From Candidatus Micrarchaeota archaeon (GTDB lineage Archaea > Micrarchaeota > Micrarchaeia > Anstonellales > Bilamarchaeaceae): a DNA stretch of 64,000 nt. The stretch lies in contig JBDRLQ010000020.1 of assembly GCA_043812915.1 (NCBI GenBank), positions 23,109 through 87,108 of the forward strand, given 5' to 3'. The notes below the pieces were generated by a model, which did no database searches, was not told where the DNA came from, and saw only the letters and a list, made by a program, of their open reading frames with translations. How positions within the stretch are numbered: position 1 is the stretch's first letter; every line of letters begins with the position of its first letter. The translations under genes and the position numbers were made by a program. Shown one piece after another: positions 10,364 through 19,954 of the stretch.

Positions 10364-10557
10364 AATAAATAGAAGTAGTATTTATACTTTGGGGAGTGCC
10401 TATACAAATCTTGGGAAAATATCAGTACTTTGCCCAGATCAAGCCATCCTACCGAGGTTCTATCTGAGTAGCAGAGTTTAAAGGCTCTGGCCCTCAGAAC
10501 AGAGCTTGGAAACGAGGTTTAGCAGGGGGTTCTGCTGACCTGAGACGAGCCTGGAAA

Positions 10558-10576
10558 GCACAGGGTAGGATTCGAA
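10558..10576 (-). mobile_element. tRNA 3'-end-like fragment (possible att remnant)
   Basis: Minus strand reads TTCGAAT-CCTAC-CCTGTGC (T-loop, 3' T-stem, 3' acceptor strand) with no matching 5' half; 160 bp upstream of an integrase. Confidence 0.4.
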
Positions 10577-10735
10577 GTGTGGGCTCTAATCCCCAAGCAG
10601 TAGGTTCAGAGACCAGTTCTCTGGACCTTCCTCTTGCATTTAGTACTTAGTACAGTTCCTACCCGAAAAATTAGGCACTCTGGTGCTTTTTTTCACACAG
10701 ATGCTAAAATAGTAGTTCCGTCGGAGTCTGAGACT

Positions 10736-11302
10736 ATGTCGGAAGTGGATCTGTACAACTATGGGCGAAGGTATCGCCGGAACCTTGAAGTAATAGAAGG
10801 GGATAAGCTAATTTGTAAGGAGAATAAGAAGGATATTACGTCCTTTGCCAAGATGAGGCTCGCTAAGGGCTCGGGTTATGGCCGGGTGGCAAAGGTGCTC
10901 TACTGCCTGAGGAATCTGGCCATCTGGATAAAGAAGCCGTTCAGGGAAGCCACAAAGGATGATTTGGTAGCCCTTATTGGCGACCTTGAAACCCATGATT
11001 ACTCGGAGCATACCAAATACGATTACAAGATAGTCCTCAAATTATTCTACAAATGGCTCAAAGGGAACGATGAGACCGTACCCAATGAGGTGAAATGGCT
11101 CAAGCCAAAGCTGAAAAACGGAAGGCATAAGCTGCCTGAGGACCTGATTACAGAAGATGAGGTCATGCAGCTGGTCGAGGCTGCTGAGCATCCCAGGGAT
11201 AAGGCCATTGTCCTTGTTTTGTATGAATCCGGCTGCCGTATTGGAGAACTCCTTTCCCTGAAGATGCAGAATGTCAAATTTGACCAATACGGAGCGGTTC
11301 TA
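10736..11302 (+). pseudogene. Truncated tyrosine recombinase/integrase
   Basis: SAM-like N-domain and RDKAIVLVLYESGCRIGELLSL (catalytic Arg). Homology stops after DQYGAVL, with no HxxR or Tyr; the rest of the ORF is antisense to the next gene. Confidence 0.85.
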
Positions 11303-11737
11303 ATCCTTCACTACCTCTACGTGGGCCTCGCCGCCCTCGTAAATGCTGGTAATCCTGAATCTGGTCCAGCCATATGTGGGCTGCTCCATCAGGATATCAT
11401 CCGTGATGCGGTGCTGGACAATCTCGACAATCTCCATGTCGCCTTCGGGGGTATCGAGCAGCATCACAATCTCGCCGCCACGCCCGACGCTGGCGGTGGA
11501 AATCTGAACCATGTTCCTGGGGATATACGTGTCGGTATAGACCGTGGTATTCGTCCCGAGGCTTCCTACGGCATTGGTAAGGTAGGCGAGCCTGAATATC
11601 GCGAGCTCCGCCTCATATGAGGCAATCTGCTGGTTCGCGTCATTCGCCTTGAAATAGACCAGCGCCAGCAGCGGTATGAATACCAGCAGTATCAGCGAGA
11701 CAATCACCATAAGTTCTGTGCTTACTTGCCCTCTCAT
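11300..11737 (-). CDS. Class III signal peptide (archaeal pilin-like) protein
   Basis: MRG|QVSTELMVIVSLILLVF prepilin motif. Confidence 0.8.
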   Translation of the reverse strand: MRGQVSTELMVIVSLILLVFIPLLALVYFKANDANQQIASYEAELAIFRLAYLTNAVGSLGTNTTVYTDTYIPRNMVQISTASVGRGGEIVMLLDTPEGDMEIVEIVQHRITDDILMEQPTYGWTRFRITSIYEGGEAHVEVVKD

Positions 11738-12858
11738 TTCTTCCTCACTCTCCCGCGCTTTGTCTTGTGGACCTTCCTTCTTTTTGCCTTTCTCATGTCC
11801 TTCCTCTTTGAGAGTATGCCATCAAGTTCCATTGCAATCTCGTCAACGGTCTCCCTGAGGGTGCTCCTTTCGCTGGAGAGGCTGATATAGCCATCATCTG
11901 TGTCGAAATACAGATTCACGTTGAAGACTGACTTCTTTTCCCTCACATGCACCTTCGCGTTCCTGATGTTGAATGAGCCTGAGAACTTGTCAAGGGCAGC
12001 ACCAATCTTGTTCTTTATGTGGGGGTACATCATTATGTTCTCATCCCCGAGGCCGCCAATCATGAGGTCTGATTCCCCCTCTCCGCGGGCCATGTTCTGG
12101 ATGCTTCTGAAAAGGTCCACTGCCGAGAGCACTCCGACCGGCTTGTGCTTGGCGATTACTATCACCGACGAAACCTTGTTCTTAATCATCCTCTTTGCCG
12201 CGTCCTCTGCGGTGTCCGCCTCCCCTACGACCGCGATGTCAGGCCTGAAGAATTCCTTTATCTTCAGACTGTCCAGGCTCTTTACTTCGCTGACGCCATA
12301 AGGCTTCTTCTGGCTGACCTGCCTGTGGAAGGCCCTTTCTGCGGCAAGGTCGAGCGTGGAGATAATCCCGATTGGCTTGGACCTCCTGACAACTACCAGC
12401 CTGCTGCACCTGTTCCTCTTCATCAGGCTCTTGGCCGCTGCCAGATTGTCAATCTCTTCAATAGTATAAACCGGCGCGCTCATCATTTCAGAGACCTTTG
12501 ATTTCGGCATCAGCCTCTCTTTCATCATGTCCTGTAGCAGCTCGACCCGCGTAGTTATCCCGAGCGCGTACCCATCCGCATCTACAATGGGCAGTGCCTT
12601 ATAATGCCCGAGAAGGAAAGCGTCCACCCTCTCAAGCAGGTCTGCCTTGGGCAGGAGTGTGGGCGGCTTGGTGATGACCGTCTCGCATGGGGTTTTTTCG
12701 TTGTTCATGAATCCGTGGCCAAGGCTCCGGTCATCTATTGTCCCGAAATACTTGCCTTTTTTGGTGACAATCACTGCGGTTCCGCTGTCAGTCAATTCGC
12801 TAATGGCCTTTGAAAGAGGTTCTTTTGAATCCAGCACAAGGGTTGATTTTATCTCCAT
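11734..12858 (-). CDS. Four-CBS-domain protein with C-terminal HPF/RaiA-like domain (ribosome hibernation factor candidate)
   Basis: Tandem CBS repeats followed by IKNKIGAALDKF...AKVHVRE...FNVNLYFDTDDG...LRETVDEIAMEL; GAGG RBS before ATG 12858. Confidence 0.75.
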   Translation of the reverse strand: MEIKSTLVLDSKEPLSKAISELTDSGTAVIVTKKGKYFGTIDDRSLGHGFMNNEKTPCETVITKPPTLLPKADLLERVDAFLLGHYKALPIVDADGYALGITTRVELLQDMMKERLMPKSKVSEMMSAPVYTIEEIDNLAAAKSLMKRNRCSRLVVVRRSKPIGIISTLDLAAERAFHRQVSQKKPYGVSEVKSLDSLKIKEFFRPDIAVVGEADTAEDAAKRMIKNKVSSVIVIAKHKPVGVLSAVDLFRSIQNMARGEGESDLMIGGLGDENIMMYPHIKNKIGAALDKFSGSFNIRNAKVHVREKKSVFNVNLYFDTDDGYISLSSERSTLRETVDEIAMELDGILSKRKDMRKAKRRKVHKTKRGRVRKK

Positions 12859-12937
12859 AAAAACATCCTCCGCCCGAGGTTTCTTCCTCCCAAGGGGATA
12901 GAAGATATTTAAACGAATAGCTATATAAATCAACGAT

Positions 12938-13681
12938 ATGGCGAACCAGGCACCGGCTCCATCAGGTCCACGAAAAATCAGGATGATAGAGAATCAGGGC
13001 TTCAATTATATTGAGGAGATGGTGGCCAAGCCGACCTGGAAGGAAATACTTCTTGATTTGATAGATTCCAACAGGATTGACCCGTGGAATATTGACCTTG
13101 TTGAGATTTCCAACGCTTTCCTTGGGAAGGTCCGGGAGATGGAGCGCATGGACCTTGGAGTCCAGGCAAACGTAATCCTTGCAGCGGCCATACTCCTGCG
13201 CTACAAGAGCAATTACCTTAGCGCCCTGCAGCAGGCGGAGCTCACAGAATACATCCCGGAGGAGCTCCCGCTGGATATGGGGCCTGTGGATGATTTGCCA
13301 GAGCTAACCCTATCCTCAAGGATTCCTCCCAAAAGGCAGATTAGCCTCGACGAGCTGGTAACTGAGATGGAGCGGATTATCCGCTATGATTCTGAGGAGC
13401 GCGCTGTCAGGACACCTCGGGGCGCCATCGTGGACACCGTGGATTTCGAGCTGGAGGAAAAGGACATTGAGCAGAAGATGGGGCAGGTCTTCGAGAAGAT
13501 AAAGCAGAGTGCTGACAATGAGGGCTGGTCCCTGTTCTCGCGCGTAGTTGGCGGAGATGAGAAGCGCGAGATGGTCTACACCCTGCTCTCGGTGCTCCAT
13601 CTGGTCCAGGAGAAGAAGATAGACATCAGGCAGGACAAGATGTTCGGTGAGATATTCATCAAATTGCTTGAGAAATGCTGA
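12938..13681 (+). CDS. scpA: Segregation/condensation protein A (kleisin)
   Basis: IDPWNIDLVEI, AAILLRYKS, LLSVLHL...IRQDKMFGEI. Confidence 0.9.
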   Translation: MANQAPAPSGPRKIRMIENQGFNYIEEMVAKPTWKEILLDLIDSNRIDPWNIDLVEISNAFLGKVREMERMDLGVQANVILAAAILLRYKSNYLSALQQAELTEYIPEELPLDMGPVDDLPELTLSSRIPPKRQISLDELVTEMERIIRYDSEERAVRTPRGAIVDTVDFELEEKDIEQKMGQVFEKIKQSADNEGWSLFSRVVGGDEKREMVYTLLSVLHLVQEKKIDIRQDKMFGEIFIKLLEKC

Positions 13682-13746
13682 TTCTTTCATATGTTGCTGG
13701 AAAAAGGGATTTTGAAGAAGAATAAAGACAAAGAAAAAAAAGAAAA

Positions 13747-14130
13747 TTATGAGATTACTGCCCTTCCGCCCTTCGGCTTCGGCTTGGATTTCACAATCTT
13801 CACGTTCGAGGGCGTCAGGAGAATCATGTCGCTCGAAAGAAGTGCGATATCCCCATTAATCTTCGAGGAATTCGATTTTAGCCTGGCGATGATTCCCTTC
13901 AGCCTGTTCGGCTGCTTTGAAAGAGGCAGCACATTGAGTATTATGATGTTCTTTGTGCTCAGTTCCTTAAGGCAAAGGTCTCCATCGCCTTCATTTCTGA
14001 GATCAACTCTCTTTACATAAAAATCAGCTGGAGGATTAATCATGTCTCCTTCTGCTTCCATGACCTCTTCGAGGTCCGGAACCTCTACTTCTTCGCTCTT
14101 GCCGCCGAAAACCTTGTCAAAAAGTCCCAT
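13747..14130 (-). CDS. sepF: Cell division protein SepF (archaeal)
   Basis: MGLFDKVFG amphipathic start; INGDIALL...ILLTPSNVKI. Confidence 0.85.
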   Translation of the reverse strand: MGLFDKVFGGKSEEVEVPDLEEVMEAEGDMINPPADFYVKRVDLRNEGDGDLCLKELSTKNIIILNVLPLSKQPNRLKGIIARLKSNSSKINGDIALLSSDMILLTPSNVKIVKSKPKPKGGRAVIS

Positions 14131-14375
14131 CTAAACACCTTCCTTGAAATATCTGTCTCGTTTTTCCCGAGGCTGTACTGATTACTACAATTGCATTTAA
14201 ATATCTAACACCCCTCGACGTTCTGTTCCGGCTTAAATAACCATCGGAAGCGAAATCCCCCTCGGAGAATGTGGCTTCAGGGGAGCCCGACTTCATAAAC
14301 CGCTTTTTATCCACCAGTTCATTTATAAACATTTACCTCTTCTTTTGTGCTGGAAAAATCCCAATAGGTGAACAT

Positions 14376-16370
14376 ATGATTGATGCGGTAACACTCGCCT
14401 TCTTGGCTGGTGTATTGACTCTTCTTTACGCCGCGTATCTGGCTTTCATGGTTGTGAAGGCCCCGCGCGGAACCGAGAAGATGCAGGAAATATCAAAAGC
14501 AATTGAAGAAGGCGCAAACGCTTTCCTCATGAGGCAGTATAAGACACTGCTTCCGATAGTCGTTGTTCTTTTCGCGATTATCGCGGTTCTTGTCGGAGCG
14601 AATACGGCAATCGCCTTTGTCGTCGGTGTGGTCTCATCCGCGCTGGCAGGGTACATCGGCATGCAGGTATCTGTCCGCGGCAACGTCCGTGTCGCAGAGG
14701 CGGCAAAGAAAGGGCTCAAAGGGGCGCTTTCAGTGGCATTCAAAGGCGGCGCGGTAACTGGTATGGCCCTTGCGGGGCTTGGCCTTATCGGCCTTAGCAT
14801 ACTGTTCGCGGTCTTCGGAGGGAGCCTCGTCCCGATGATTGGCTATGGTTTCGGAGCCTCGCTCATCTCGCTATTCGCGCGTGTTGGCGGAGGCATCTAC
14901 ACCAAGGCGGCCGATGTCGGGGCAGACCTTGTCGGAAAAGTGGAGGCAGGGATACCTGAGGATGACCCCAGGAACCCAGCCGTCATAGCTGACAATGTGG
15001 GCGACAATGTGGGCGACTGCGCCGGTATGGCGGCAGACGTCTTCGAGTCATTCGTGGTCACTGTGATTGCAGCCATGCTCCTCGGATTCGCTGTCGGCTC
15101 TGACGCGCTTATCCAGATTCCCCTGGTGATTGCGTCCATTGGTGTGCTCTCAAGCATTGTCGGCTCGCTTTTTGTCGGAGTCGGAAAGGACGGGCATATC
15201 ATGAAGGCGTTCTACAAGGGGATAATCGCAGCGGCAATCGTGATGCTGATTGTATCATACATATACTTCAGCGGGCTTCAGATGGCTGTTCTTGCGCCAA
15301 TGGCGCTCTTCCTGACCGTAGTGATTGGTGTGATTGTCACTCTGGCGATGTTCGTCATCACCGAGTACTATACGTCCACCTCGTTCAAGCCAGTCAGGGA
15401 CGTTGCCGAGGCTTCCAAGACAGGAGCTGGCACCAACCTGATTACCGGCCTTGCTGTCGGCATGCAGTCAACTGCGATTCCGGCTATCCTGATTGTCATC
15501 GCAATCGCGATGTCATACCAGTTCGGCGGCCTCTATGGAATCGCTCTTGCGGCGGCGTCGATGCTCTCCTTAAGCGCAATAGTAATTGCGGTTGACTCAT
15601 ACGGCCCGATTACTGACAACGCGGGCGGAATCGCCGAGATGTCAGGGCTGCCTGGTTCGGTTCGGAAGATTACCGACGCGCTTGACGCTGTTGGCAACAC
15701 CACTAAGGCAACCACCAAGGGATTCGCGATTGCGGGAGCCGCTCTTGGAGCCCTCGCGCTATTCGTGGCGTTCGCGGAAGATGCGCACCTTGAGGAAATA
15801 AACCTCCTCAATCCGGCAGTCGTCATCGGGCTGTTCATCGGTGCGCTCCTCCCATTCCTGTTCTCCAGCCTTCTTATGACGGCTGTTGGCAGGGCCGCCT
15901 TCGAGATCGTGCAGGAAGTGCGCAGGCAGTTCAGGGAAATCAAGGGACTGATGGCAGGAACAGCCAAGGCTGACTACGCAAAATGCGTTGACATCAGCAC
16001 CGCGACAGCTCTGCGTGAGCTTGCGGTTCCTGGTGTGCTGGCTGTCATGACGCCTCTCCTTGTCGGCTATCTGCTCGGGGCGGCCGCGGTCGCAGGAATG
16101 CTTGCAGGCACCATCGCCGCGGGATTCCTTCTGGCGCTGTTCATGTGCACTGCAGGTGCGAGCTGGGACAACGCGAAGAAGCTTATCGAAGAGGGCAACT
16201 TCGGAGGGAAGGGCTCGGACGCGCATAAAGCCGCGGTTGTCGGTGACACTGTGGGCGACCCGCTAAAAGACACGGCAGGTCCCTCACTGAACGCGCTCAT
16301 CAAGGTGATTAACACAATCAGCCTGGTGTTCGCCGCGGTGATTGTTGAGCATAGCCTGAACCTGCTCTAA
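14376..16370 (+). CDS. hppA: Membrane-bound ion-translocating pyrophosphatase (likely K+-independent H+-PPase)
   Basis: GGGIYTKAADVGADLVGKVE, DNVGDNVGD; GNTTK with Lys at the K+-dependence site. Confidence 0.95.
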   Translation: MIDAVTLAFLAGVLTLLYAAYLAFMVVKAPRGTEKMQEISKAIEEGANAFLMRQYKTLLPIVVVLFAIIAVLVGANTAIAFVVGVVSSALAGYIGMQVSVRGNVRVAEAAKKGLKGALSVAFKGGAVTGMALAGLGLIGLSILFAVFGGSLVPMIGYGFGASLISLFARVGGGIYTKAADVGADLVGKVEAGIPEDDPRNPAVIADNVGDNVGDCAGMAADVFESFVVTVIAAMLLGFAVGSDALIQIPLVIASIGVLSSIVGSLFVGVGKDGHIMKAFYKGIIAAAIVMLIVSYIYFSGLQMAVLAPMALFLTVVIGVIVTLAMFVITEYYTSTSFKPVRDVAEASKTGAGTNLITGLAVGMQSTAIPAILIVIAIAMSYQFGGLYGIALAAASMLSLSAIVIAVDSYGPITDNAGGIAEMSGLPGSVRKITDALDAVGNTTKATTKGFAIAGAALGALALFVAFAEDAHLEEINLLNPAVVIGLFIGALLPFLFSSLLMTAVGRAAFEIVQEVRRQFREIKGLMAGTAKADYAKCVDISTATALRELAVPGVLAVMTPLLVGYLLGAAAVAGMLAGTIAAGFLLALFMCTAGASWDNAKKLIEEGNFGGKGSDAHKAAVVGDTVGDPLKDTAGPSLNALIKVINTISLVFAAVIVEHSLNLL

Positions 16371-16416
16371 AATCCCTTTTTTTTCCTTTTATTATTTTCC
16401 TAAAACAAGCGACTTG

Positions 16417-18069
16417 CTACCTTTTGGTTGGGTCGAATGAGAATATGCTCTGCTTTCTCTTTGATGGCCCGCTATCGCCACTCTTGGAAGGCGCCCTCTT
16501 GCTGGACTGTTCCCTGAGCTTTGCGGTGGCGGTTCTGTCCCCATCAGGAACAATGTCCATGTGCAGGGTCCTGTAGCCCGTCTTCTGGACTGTTACTGCA
16601 AGCGCGTCCTCGCCGTGCTCAAGCATCAGCGTGATTGCGCCCTTTGCCGAAGTCCTGCCCTTATCCTCCCCATTGACGCTGACCTGCGCCCCGGAGACAT
16701 TCGTGCTGATTATTATCTCGTGCATGAGTTTCTCTGGCGGTGCATGCCCGGCAGCTGCATCTGCCCTTATAGGCTCAGGAGGCATGATGTCGTTCTGGAG
16801 GAGCTTTGCCGGAGCGGGGCTTGGATTTGACGGCTGTCCAATCCGGGCCGGAATTTCAGGCACCTGTGCCACATTCTGTTCTCGCATCATCAGGCCAGCG
16901 CCCAGGGCGGCCCCGCAGATAACGACTGCTGCCCCCATCGCAGCAAATAGCTTCACAGGCCTGCGTTTCTGCCTAACCGCCTTTGTCCTCATGGTGGAAT
17001 TTGGATCCAATCTAGCTTCCTCCGGATTGGGCTTTGCGCCCTCAAGGATGTCCCTCAGCTCCCAGATTGTCTGGAACCTGTCCTCGGGCTTCTTTGCAAG
17101 GCACTTGTCGATTGCGTCCGATACCTCCTGCGGGATATGCGGGTTTATGCTGATTGCAGGCTCCGGCGTCTCCACGATGATTTTTCCCGCCAGCTGGACC
17201 ACATTATCGGCATTGTGTGGCGTATTGCCCGTGAGCATCTCATACAGCACAACCCCGACCGAATAGATGTCCGAGCGGTGGTCGAGCGCGTCGCCCTTGC
17301 ATTGCTCGGGAGACATGTATGAGGGTGTGCCTCTCATTATTCTGTCCAGTACTTGCTCTTCATCAAGATTGAGCACCAGCCCGAAATCAATTAGCTTGAC
17401 TGTCCTCTTCCCCTTTGCCGGATGCAGGATGAAAATGTTGTCTGGCTTTATGTCCCTGTGGATTATCTTTGTGTCATGGGCATAGCCGATGCCGTCGCAA
17501 AGCTGGACTGCGATGTCCTGGGCTTCTCCCCATGTCATGATGCCCCCATGCCTCATCAGAACTTCATTGGCCAGCGTTTCTCCATCCAGGAATTCCATTA
17601 CGTAATAGAGCCAAGCGTCCTTGCGCCCGAAATGGTTGACGCTTACAATATTATGGTGTTGTATCTGGAATAGGGCAGCCATCTCCTGCATGAACTTCTT
17701 TTCCATCTCCTCGTCTTCGAACTGGATTACCTTGATTGCAACCGGCCTGCTGCTGCTGTCACCGACATCATTGATTATTACATGAATTGCATCAAGGACG
17801 GTTCCCATGGCACCGCTGCCAAGAACCCCGGTAATCTTGTACCAGCTGGCATCTGTGACCGGAAAAACCTCGCCGATTAGTTTCTCCACCTTCTTCCTTT
17901 GGGAATCCGTGGTTTTCGCTTTTCGCTGCCCGCTCTGGGTTATCCTGTCGATGATGGTCTTATCCGCAGGGAAAGCGCCTTGGCCGGGCTGGGAGCGCCG
18001 GATATGTGACTGGTTTGTCTCGGCCTTAGGTTCTTTTGGGGGAATAGCTTTTTTTTGGGAATTTCCCAT
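16417..18069 (-). CDS. Hanks-type Ser/Thr protein kinase with TM helix and C-terminal PEGA-like domain
   Basis: LGSGAMGTV, VAIK, HRDIKPDN, DFG, GTPSYMSPEQ; TM LFAAMGAAVVICGAALGAG; STNVSGAQVSVNG...VTVQKTGY. Confidence 0.92.
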   Translation of the reverse strand: MGNSQKKAIPPKEPKAETNQSHIRRSQPGQGAFPADKTIIDRITQSGQRKAKTTDSQRKKVEKLIGEVFPVTDASWYKITGVLGSGAMGTVLDAIHVIINDVGDSSSRPVAIKVIQFEDEEMEKKFMQEMAALFQIQHHNIVSVNHFGRKDAWLYYVMEFLDGETLANEVLMRHGGIMTWGEAQDIAVQLCDGIGYAHDTKIIHRDIKPDNIFILHPAKGKRTVKLIDFGLVLNLDEEQVLDRIMRGTPSYMSPEQCKGDALDHRSDIYSVGVVLYEMLTGNTPHNADNVVQLAGKIIVETPEPAISINPHIPQEVSDAIDKCLAKKPEDRFQTIWELRDILEGAKPNPEEARLDPNSTMRTKAVRQKRRPVKLFAAMGAAVVICGAALGAGLMMREQNVAQVPEIPARIGQPSNPSPAPAKLLQNDIMPPEPIRADAAAGHAPPEKLMHEIIISTNVSGAQVSVNGEDKGRTSAKGAITLMLEHGEDALAVTVQKTGYRTLHMDIVPDGDRTATAKLREQSSKRAPSKSGDSGPSKRKQSIFSFDPTKR

Positions 18070-18178
18070 GTTATATTTAGTGTTTGAAAGTATTAATATA
18101 CGTTTCGGTTTTCCTTCCGAATCTATAAATCCGGCTTTCCCCAACACATTTATAAAGTGTTTTAGATAATGTAAACCC

Positions 18179-19924
18179 ATGCAAGTTTCTCAGTCACAAC
18201 CAGTGGAGCCCCAGATTAAGGAACGCACATTGAAATCAGATGCAATCAAGCCAGGCAAGAGTTCAGCCTTCGGAAGGGCAGTGCGCACCTGTGCATTCAC
18301 AGCAGCCCTCTCTGTCGCGACAATCTTCGGAGGAAGAGCGGGGGCAGAGGAGGCAACCCCCGAACTTCCGCCCGAGCCCCCGTCTGCATTTATGGAGCCC
18401 CTGCCGGCGGTGACCGAGCCACCTGGGGAACCGACATGCCCGGAAGTGGCCCCTATGGACGACCATGCGTGTCCAGCCCCTGATGAGAGCGTGCCCAGGA
18501 GGGCATGCACAATCCATGCCTGCCAGCTATCGACATTCACGCTAATTGATGGCGAGGAGAGAACCTCAACATTCATAGTTAACGAGCACCTTCCGATGCC
18601 CGAAGTGGAGATAACCGGTCCGGCGACGGTCGAACTCCGTTTTTACCCCTCATTCCTCCTGGAGAGGTTCGATGACGCCGGAGAAGTTGAAATCGGCGCA
18701 AGGGTCGCAGTGCAAAGGAACGGGGACGCGCCCGAGACATTCACATTCGGGGGAATTTCCAGAAGAACCGATATGGAAGCCAGGGATTTCGAGGATGCCG
18801 ACCCTATGGTGGATGCCGAAGGCGTTCGCATGATGGCAATCTCGGACCATGTCGGAGGGACTTTTGATGTGGGCGCAGGAAACCACCATGTCGCAATAGA
18901 GCGCACAATACTGGTTGACGGGGAAGAGGAGCCGATTAACGGCTTCCTGCAGGTTGTGATAACTTTCAGGCCGGATGCGCCCCCGCCAACCCAAACTGAT
19001 GAGGCGTCAGGATTAGGGCCGGCGCCAGTGCAGCCGCAAGTGCAAATCCCTGAACCAGAGCCTCCAGCACTCATGTCCCGCGTTGTCTCTCTTACCGGAG
19101 AGAGGCGCCAGTTCCACAGGCTCGGAGAGCTGACGCCTTCTGCAGACATGTATTATGCGGATGTCTTCGGAAACCCCTATAGGATTAACGGCACTCTTGC
19201 ACTTGTTGCCGGCGCGCTTTTCACGGCATATGGCCTTCCGATCGGAACTGGGAGCTCTGCCGGTGCAATACGCAGCTACTCGGTGAATCCCGCAGTCGGG
19301 ATCGAGATTCTTAGCGGCAGGCACAGGCTTGACCTTGTCGGCTTTGCAGGATGGCGCGGGATGAGGCTCGATTCGTTCTCCATCCAGGACCATAGGAGCG
19401 GTGATGCCCGGGGCGACACCTGGGAGGCGGGAGGTCTGGCAAGATACATGTATGATCCTCGCGTAATAATCAGCGTTATGGGGAGCAGCAACCCGATAAA
19501 TCCACTTAACGCTAACCTTGAAGTCAATATACCCTTCGGGAGGAGCCGCGCTTCGATGGATGTTGCGGCAGACTTCATGTTCCTTCAGTCGCTTGCCGAA
19601 CTCGAGAGTGTTGCAGGCGGATTCGAGATTGGAAGGAACAACTTCTTCCTTCGTGGGACTGTTGCAGTCCAATACCGGTTCGGGCCAGGCCATGAAGCCG
19701 AGCCCGGAAGAAGGGCCTGGAGCGTGATTCCTGCCCTTATGGCTTCAGTGGATGCGAATTTCATCGAGACCGAGACGGATCCAGAGCTTGACTGGGTGGA
19801 TGTGCTGGCTGGCGCTTCGTTGGATGCGCGCATCAACAGGTTCGTTTTAGGTGTGGAAGGGCAATGGTCCGCGCTGACCGGAAGGACCGCGCTGGTTTCA
19901 TTCAATTTCCGCTATGAGAGATAG
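18179..19924 (+). CDS. Hypothetical secreted protein with beta-strand-rich C-terminal half
   Basis: 581-aa ORF; signal-like TAALSVATIFGGRAGA; Pro-rich linkers; alternating beta strands ending SFNFRYER. Confidence 0.7.
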   Translation: MQVSQSQPVEPQIKERTLKSDAIKPGKSSAFGRAVRTCAFTAALSVATIFGGRAGAEEATPELPPEPPSAFMEPLPAVTEPPGEPTCPEVAPMDDHACPAPDESVPRRACTIHACQLSTFTLIDGEERTSTFIVNEHLPMPEVEITGPATVELRFYPSFLLERFDDAGEVEIGARVAVQRNGDAPETFTFGGISRRTDMEARDFEDADPMVDAEGVRMMAISDHVGGTFDVGAGNHHVAIERTILVDGEEEPINGFLQVVITFRPDAPPPTQTDEASGLGPAPVQPQVQIPEPEPPALMSRVVSLTGERRQFHRLGELTPSADMYYADVFGNPYRINGTLALVAGALFTAYGLPIGTGSSAGAIRSYSVNPAVGIEILSGRHRLDLVGFAGWRGMRLDSFSIQDHRSGDARGDTWEAGGLARYMYDPRVIISVMGSSNPINPLNANLEVNIPFGRSRASMDVAADFMFLQSLAELESVAGGFEIGRNNFFLRGTVAVQYRFGPGHEAEPGRRAWSVIPALMASVDANFIETETDPELDWVDVLAGASLDARINRFVLGVEGQWSALTGRTALVSFNFRYER

Positions 19925-19954
19925 CGTTTTATTTCTCTCCTGCCGAATATCTCC

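Noticed and set aside
11303..11620. C-terminal extension of the integrase ORF as a novel fusion domain
   Set aside because: It is antisense readthrough of the pilin-like gene on the minus strand
14131..14375. Riboswitch or sRNA in the hppA leader (TCCCCT...AGGGGA stem)
   Set aside because: There is a single stem and no recognisable aptamer consensus
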